NCBI GenBank assembly: GCA_951406725.2 | Contig: OX597835.1 | Span: forward strand, 26,660,001-26,724,000 | Origin: Octopus vulgaris | Lineage: Eukaryota | DNA: 64,000 nt | Direction of reading: 5' to 3' | Part shown: in pieces, positions 56,893 through 64,000 of the stretch | Numbering within the stretch: the first letter of the stretch is position 1 | Layout: each line of letters opens with the position of its first letter | Made by a program: the position numbers and the translations under genes | The notes under the pieces: model-generated | Told to the model about the DNA's origin: nothing | Databases searched by the model: none | The model's input: the letters and a program-made list of their open reading frames with translations, nothing else

Positions 56893-56964
56893 ATAGGAAA
56901 ATGAAAGATCCAAAGAAGGGAAGACGGAGGAAAGAAATCGCCAACGGTACACACGAGGTCACAA

Positions 56965-57183
56965 CGAAGGAATACTGAAGAGTTTGAGTGGGTTTGAGTA
57001 CAAGAAAATAGAGGAGGATCAGTTAATTATGATTTTATTCAACATATTCCCGTCTCAGATTCACACACTTACTGCAGTAATCCTTCACCTTTTCTAAGCC
57101 TTGTAAAAGAACACGGAAGATTGGACCTCAAGCCAGGCCTTTTGCAATACCCTTAAAGCCAGTAAATTTTTAGCACCTATTCG
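56965..57183. mobile_element. mariner-type MITE, diverged copy
   Basis: Similar to 55317-55535. Confidence 0.7.
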
Positions 57184-57991
57184 TATTTATTTAACTGCTT
57201 TATATCTTTAGGTTTACGGCCGTTTCGCATCCTTCATCATGTAATAATAATTTCAGTATATAATAAATTATTTTACCTGCCTGCACCAATATGCATGCCA
57301 TAAATTACACAGTACAATTGTACAATCACAAATCAATAAGGCTGGCTCTTCAGATCGCCACAAAATTATGGTTACACCAATTCTTCAACTCTTTATATAC
57401 ATACAAAATCATTTTTATATATACAACGTATGGTAGATCAATAATTGATCAACTTAGATTGACGTTACCATTCAAGAATAAACGTTTATACTAAATACGT
57501 TTCTATGTTATCAATTAAGATGTCGCGTCTAATTTTAGGGATTTGACCATCCTTGTTGTAAACGAAAGACTAGAAAGGGATAGGAGAGAAGGGAAAATAA
57601 TCAGATTAAATTAAAATATATATTGAGAGTAAGATAGAGATAAGGTTGCTGGTTGCTGACAAATCTTCCCAATTTTATTGGACATTTTATCTTGTCGCTG
57701 CTGTTCTATCAGCGTTTGTGCGTTTGAAAATCAATTATTACCTTATCTGTATCTTACAATATATTTCAACGCTTCTAAAGCAAACATCAGTTTGTTTACA
57801 TTTATCGCAATATATCGAGAGTGTTTAAAAATACATAGAAACAATAAAATAAAATGTGTGGTAATTTCTCTCATGGTATCTACCGCAGTATAGTTTGTTC
57901 TAACACAACATCCACATTAAAGCGGGAATAAATATTACCTCTCGTTATTAATACTGCTTCTGTTGCTACCGGCGACGAAGAGATTTTTGTG

Positions 57992-58327
57992 AAGGCGCAT
58001 GGCTCAGTGGTTATAGCGTCGAACTTACGATCGTGAGGTTGTGAGCTCGAATCCCGGTCCGGACTGCGTGTTGTGTTCTTGAGCAAAGCACTTTATTTTC
58101 ACGTTGCTCCAGTTCACTCAGCTGTAGAAATGAGTTGCGACGTCACAGGTGCCAAGCTGTATCGACCTTTGTCTTTCCCTTGGATAACACTGGTGGCGTG
58201 GAGAGGGGAGGCTGGTATGCATGGGCGACTGCTGGTCTTCCATAAACAACCTTGCCCGGACTTGTGTCTAGGAGGGTAACTTTCTAGGTGCAATCCCATG
58301 GTCATTCATGACCGAAGGGGGTCTTTA
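57992..58327 (+). mobile_element. tRNA-derived SINE (family B-related head, distinct tail)
   Basis: TGGCTCAGTGG A box, GCTCGAATCC B box, TTGAGCAAAGCACTT core. Confidence 0.8.
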
Positions 58328-58929
58328 CCTGTTGCTAATAAATATTTTTCAACAAATTCACTGGTTAATTGCGATTCCAGGACTTGTTCTTGCACATTTA
58401 TTCTATATACCACTGACAGAGATGAATTACTGCTATCTCTAGCGGTCGAGCGCCCATCATTGACAAAACCAAGGAAGGTCGAGACCACGTGATCTAATGG
58501 TCCTGGCGCAGGAAGTGACAGGGATTTTTCTCCTCGCTCGCGATATAAACAAGAGTGTATTTTATAGCTAAGGGCCGATATGAGAGTTTCCCTCATGCAG
58601 GGCCGGCTCAAGGTACCGACAACTTGGGAAGTCACCCGGGGCGCCGTGTGCTAGGGGGCGCCAAGGAGGGCGAGACAAAGAGAAGGAAATTTCCACGATC
58701 GTCAGATTGTACATGCCGAAGTTCAGCTTGCCCGGATCGCCAGCAACCCAAGGGCCAGCCCTGTTTCCATGGTAACTACTTCCCTGTTTTTTTTTTCCTT
58801 TTGCTCACATTAAGGATGGCCAGTCCCTAAATCTTAATCCAACACCTTAATTGATAAAAGTACAACCTAAACCCTAACCCCAAACCCTAACCCCAAACCC
58901 TAACCCTGGCCCTAAACCAGGATCCTTTC

Positions 58930-59326
58930 TACTTGAAGCACAAGGCCTCAAATTTTTAGGGAAGGGACTAAGTCGATTACATCGACCCCTGTACGTAACT
59001 AGTACTGATTTTATCGACCCTGAAAGGATTGGATGAAAGGCAAATTCAACCACGGAGGAATCCGAACTCAAAACCTAACAGCGGACGAAATACCTATTTC
59101 TTTACTACCCACAAGGAGCTAAACGCAGAGAGGACAAACAAGGACAGACAAACGGATTAAGTCGATTATATCGACCCAGTGCGTAACTAGTACTTATTTA
59201 ATCGACCCCGAAAGGATGAAAGGCAAAGTTGACCTCGGCGGAATTTGAACTCAGAACGTAGCGGCAGACGAAATACGGCTAAGCATTTCGCCAGGCGTGC
59301 TAACGATTTTGCCAGCTCGCCACCTT
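58930..59326 (-). mobile_element. two adjacent/nested SINE family C copies
   Basis: Family C motifs occur twice (58930-59095, 59095-59326). Confidence 0.8.
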
Positions 59327-59664
59327 TACACTATACCAAGATCAGGTCAGTTCCCATCGTTGACTAAAATACACACCTTTAGAGCTGCACGCTAGATATG
59401 CACCCAGTTATGATTATCCAACTCCAAATCGATCCAGATTGATCGTGTCTATTATGATCAGAGCTCTGACTCTAGTCACCTCGACTCTTTTGTCACATGC
59501 AATGCGTTAAAGACTGGGATCTTTTCGGTTGTGGTGGGTGGTGATAGGAGTTGTTTGTTTTGTTTTGTTTTATTTTTACTGATGTTTTTATGCTCGTCTT
59601 TGTATTTGCTATTCCTTCGCACCCAACCTCCCACTCTCGTCGCCCAGATGACGAATAAAAGACA

Positions 59665-60109
59665 GGATCTTTTCGGTTTGACCGGCAGTTTTTTAGAAAT
59701 AATTTCCACGTAATTAAACACTTTTAAACTTCGTATACTGGTAGAATGTGTTTATAAAACATCTTTTTCTCTGGGCTTTATTGAGAAAATTCTATAGTTT
59801 GTAAGATATTTTTTTTTTTTTTTTTTTCAATTTCTGCAATTTCAACCAATCACTGACGTGCATTGAGGTATAAACCATTCTGTGCCGTATGAATATGTCC
59901 CTCGTTTAAGAAACAGATTGGGTTTATTTACATTTCTGAAGAAAAAAAAGATACCTTTCCCCCCACCCCTAACCCTAACCATAACCCTAACTAACTCTAA
60001 CCCTAAAAAAAGATTGAAATGCAATAGATCGATTCTAGGGTCATAATTATGGGTGACAATTTCATATGACACCGCTAGAAAAAACTGCCGTTCAAACCTG
60101 AAAAGATCC
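59665..60109. mobile_element. MITE-like element with ~30-bp TIRs and internal telomeric (TAACCC)n
   Basis: GGATCTTTTCGGTTTGACCGGCAGTTTTTT...AAAAAACTGCCGTTCAAACCTGAAAAGATCC; CCCTAA repeats at ~59967-60005. Confidence 0.85.
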
Positions 60110-60552
60110 AAAGACTGCGTTATCCCACTATGTTCAATTATCTTTAAGAAGGTAGAGTATGAGTTGACGGAAAGGGAAGCATTGGCTGCTATTTCTAACA
60201 TATCGGATGACCACTCCGAGACACCCACGTTGGCTCCTGACATCGTTCGTCTGAACGATAAACCGGATGTAATGAGACACTACGCAAATAATAACAGCGA
60301 TATTAGTTTGTGTTTGGAATTCCGAGGTAAACGATAATTGCGCCCAAGTCTGGCCTGTGTTTATATATAAATACACGCACACACACGCCTGCGCGCACAT
60401 GCATAATACATACACACACACATACATACATACATACATACATACATACATACATACATACATACATACATACATACATGCATACATATATGCATATATA
60501 GATAGAGAACAGTCGCCATATTCCCTTCCATATCGGCATATACATAAGTATA

Positions 60553-60605
<53 letters not shown>

Positions 60606-60868
60606 TTGCATACCTTTGTATAGTCATATATGCATGTGTGTGTGTGTGTGTGTGTGTGTGTACGTATGCACAAAGGCATACATATGGATATAAATGTAGA
60701 TATAGATACATGTATGTATATATGTGTGTGTATGTGTGCGTGTGTATTTATATATACATAGTCACGATAGCTTCTGCAAGTATTTAATTGCACGCATATG
60801 TGTATATATAAAGATATACATGCTTATGCTTTCATCTAGCTATCTATCTGCCGTCCCACCTAAGTCTC

Positions 60869-60918
<50 letters not shown>

Positions 60919-61006
60919 ATATATATATATATATATACGATCCTTTTGATCGAAACTCCCTACTTTTTTTTTTTTTTAACATATATATATATATCTATCT
61001 ATCTAT

Positions 61007-61069
<63 letters not shown>

Positions 61070-61374
61070 AGGTGCACGCAAGTAGATGATACAAAAACAC
61101 ACACACACACACGCACACACACAAAGACCCATACCCTTCAAGGCAATGCACCAGTATCATCGCAGACCAAGGACAAAAGCCAATCAAAGAACAGAAGATT
61201 CTACTGAGAACCTTCAGCAGAAGTATCAAATTGTTAAAAGTCAGATGCAAATAGATCGTCTCGAGTGCAAGAATCTATAGAATCGAAAGAAGCAGAGACT
61301 GGAACACGATTTTCGTTCTCCTTTCTTCCTTTATCTCGCTCTCAGCAATTCTCTTCCCTCTCTGTGTAACTTAA

Positions 61375-61760
<386 letters not shown>

Positions 61761-61788
61761 TGTTTATGTGCACAGATATGTAGACATA

Positions 61789-61827
<39 letters not shown>

Positions 61828-61944
61828 TGAATATGTATATGAATATGTACATATATGAATATGTACCCACATATGTATATATACATGTATATGCGTATAT
61901 GTTCCTACACCTACCTTTGTCTTTTGTTTTCTGCAAATTTGAAC

Positions 61945-62032
<88 letters not shown>

Positions 62033-62074
62033 CATATATCATATGGTAACAGCCTTAGGGCTGAAACGTATGAA

Positions 62075-62260
62075 AGAATGATAGATCGCTAGCCCACTGC
62101 ACATTCTTTATTTTCTCTCCTTGTTTCTTTCTGTATTCCTCTCTGTAGAAGAGCGTAGGCTCGAAACGTTAAAGACTTTTTAACTTATCGAGCGTTATAT
62201 CAATACATCTGTTTGTTGTCTACGCCACCTTTTGTTTTTTTTGTGTGAATCCTCCCTAAA
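62075..62260 (+). mobile_element. family H1 copy (core CTGTAGA)
   Basis: CTCTCTGTAGAAGAGCGTAGGCTCGAAACGTTAAAG. Confidence 0.7.
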
Positions 62261-62493
62261 GATATATATATATATATGGAGTTAAACGCAGGTGTTATTC
62301 AAAGATTTGAATAACACCTACGCTTAACTCCATTTATTTATTTATCTATATCATACCAAAACATAAGTAAGCGGGTACATCCTTGGTAATTATGTGAATT
62401 TTTACTACCACAAACATGGTAACTATATTATTATATATATTATATATATATATCTATATGTAAATACTGATAATAATATATAATATATATATG

Positions 62494-62525
<32 letters not shown>

Positions 62526-62569
62526 CATATATATACATATATATATATACATATATATGTATGTATATA

Positions 62570-62608
<39 letters not shown>

Positions 62609-62864
62609 TCGAAACACGGAGTAGACGAAAGAGAGGCGGCTGAAGAAGGGGAACTTTCCTTGTGTTGTATGTCTTGTACTCTGTTTCTTCGTTGTTTAAA
62701 AAAATGTCCGTTTCCATGGTTTTGTTATGTTTTCGTTTCTCATTGTGTCCGACGGTTTTTTTGGGGTGGGGGGGTCCTGTACCCATATATCCATGTATAT
62801 ATACATATAGATGTAGTTACGTACATATATGTATGTATATATGCATATGTTGTATTTATTATTT

Positions 62865-62897
<33 letters not shown>

Positions 62898-62914
62898 ACA
62901 CATATATATACTTT

Positions 62915-63209
62915 TAATCTTCTATTCTTTTACCTGTTTCAGTGACTTTACAGCAGCCATGCTGGAGCACCGCCTCAAAGAGTTTTAATCGAAGAAACCG
63001 AAGACAGGACTTATTCTTTGAAAGCCAAGTATTTAGTATATCGGTCTCGTAGCCGAACCGCTAATGTTACCGGGACATAAACATATCAGCATCGGTTGTC
63101 AAACGATGGCTGTGGCGGGGACAAACACAGAAACACACACATAACTACACACACACGCACACACATACACACACACACATATATATATGTATGTATGTAT
63201 ATATATATA

Positions 63210-63248
<39 letters not shown>

Positions 63249-63257
63249 ATGTGTGTG

Positions 63258-63302
<45 letters not shown>

Positions 63303-63417
63303 ATTTAGACACAAACCGGTGTTATATTCATGTTTACTTATTCCATCAATAGTGAAAAGTTATTATCTATAATAACCACATAGAAATTAATTAAATATTC
63401 CCTAACTGTTAATAATA

Positions 63418-63493
<76 letters not shown>

Positions 63494-63560
63494 AAGGGCT
63501 TCTTACAGTTTCTGTTGACAAGATCCACTCACAAGACTTTGATCTGCCCTGTGGCTATAG
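62915..63560 (-). mobile_element. SINE family A, diverged with expanded internal microsatellite
   Basis: Tail at 62915-63135, body remnant at 63497-63560. Confidence 0.6.
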
Positions 63561-63870
63561 TTCAAGGCATTAATACATATTTAATATATTTAATATTTAT
63601 ATATATATAATATACATACATATATATGGGAAACAATACAGACTGAACCAGGAACCGTGTGGTGTGTGTGTGTGTGTGTGTAAGATATATATATATATTA
63701 TACATATACAGAACCACACACATACATACACACATACATACATACATACATACATACATACATACATACATACATGCATAGATACATACATACATACATA
63801 CATACATACATACATACATACATACATACATACATACATACATACATACATACATACATACATACATACA

Positions 63871-63910
<40 letters not shown>

Positions 63911-64000
63911 TAAATAAAACATACATACATAGTATATATGTACACACATATATACATACATACATACACACACATATACACATACACACATACATACACA

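Noticed and set aside
58598-58826. GC-rich patch CAGGGCCGGCTC...GGGGGCGCC as a CpG promoter
   Set aside because: Resembles the start of a hAT-type MITE; the matching right end is too degenerate to call either way.
58862-58918. CCCTAA-like repeats as a chromosome end
   Set aside because: Short, degenerate and internal.

Overview
AT-rich eukaryotic DNA saturated with microsatellites ((TA)n, (CA)n, (TACA)n, (TAGA)n, (TAA)n, (CAT)n). The density and type of tRNA-derived SINEs point to an octopus (coleoid cephalopod) genome; this is recognition by eye, not a database result. Almost all ORFs in the supplied track are microsatellite artefacts. Supportable content: three tRNA-derived SINE families; fragments of CR1-like, RTE, Tx1/L1 and R4/Dong non-LTR elements (the last stacked inside a (TAA)n array); mariner-derived elements; and a TIR element carrying telomeric (TAACCC)n. 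Two things stand out. (1) About 10 intact or near-intact type I hammerhead ribozyme motifs, plus about 9 variant or decayed ones, occur in short Penelope-like/retrozyme-like elements, mostly in or beside (TA)n tracts; one family mostly carries a non-canonical CUGUNGA core. (2) A candidate spliced + strand gene absent from the ORF track (coding 9109-9221 joined to 21580-21688) encodes a 73-aa protein with a MAPK D-site-like motif, a PxSP site and an FxFP (DEF) motif. A GC/trinucleotide-rich island at 48.4-49.8 kb may be the first exon of a minus-strand gene. Coordinates were read by eye and repeat boundaries are approximate.
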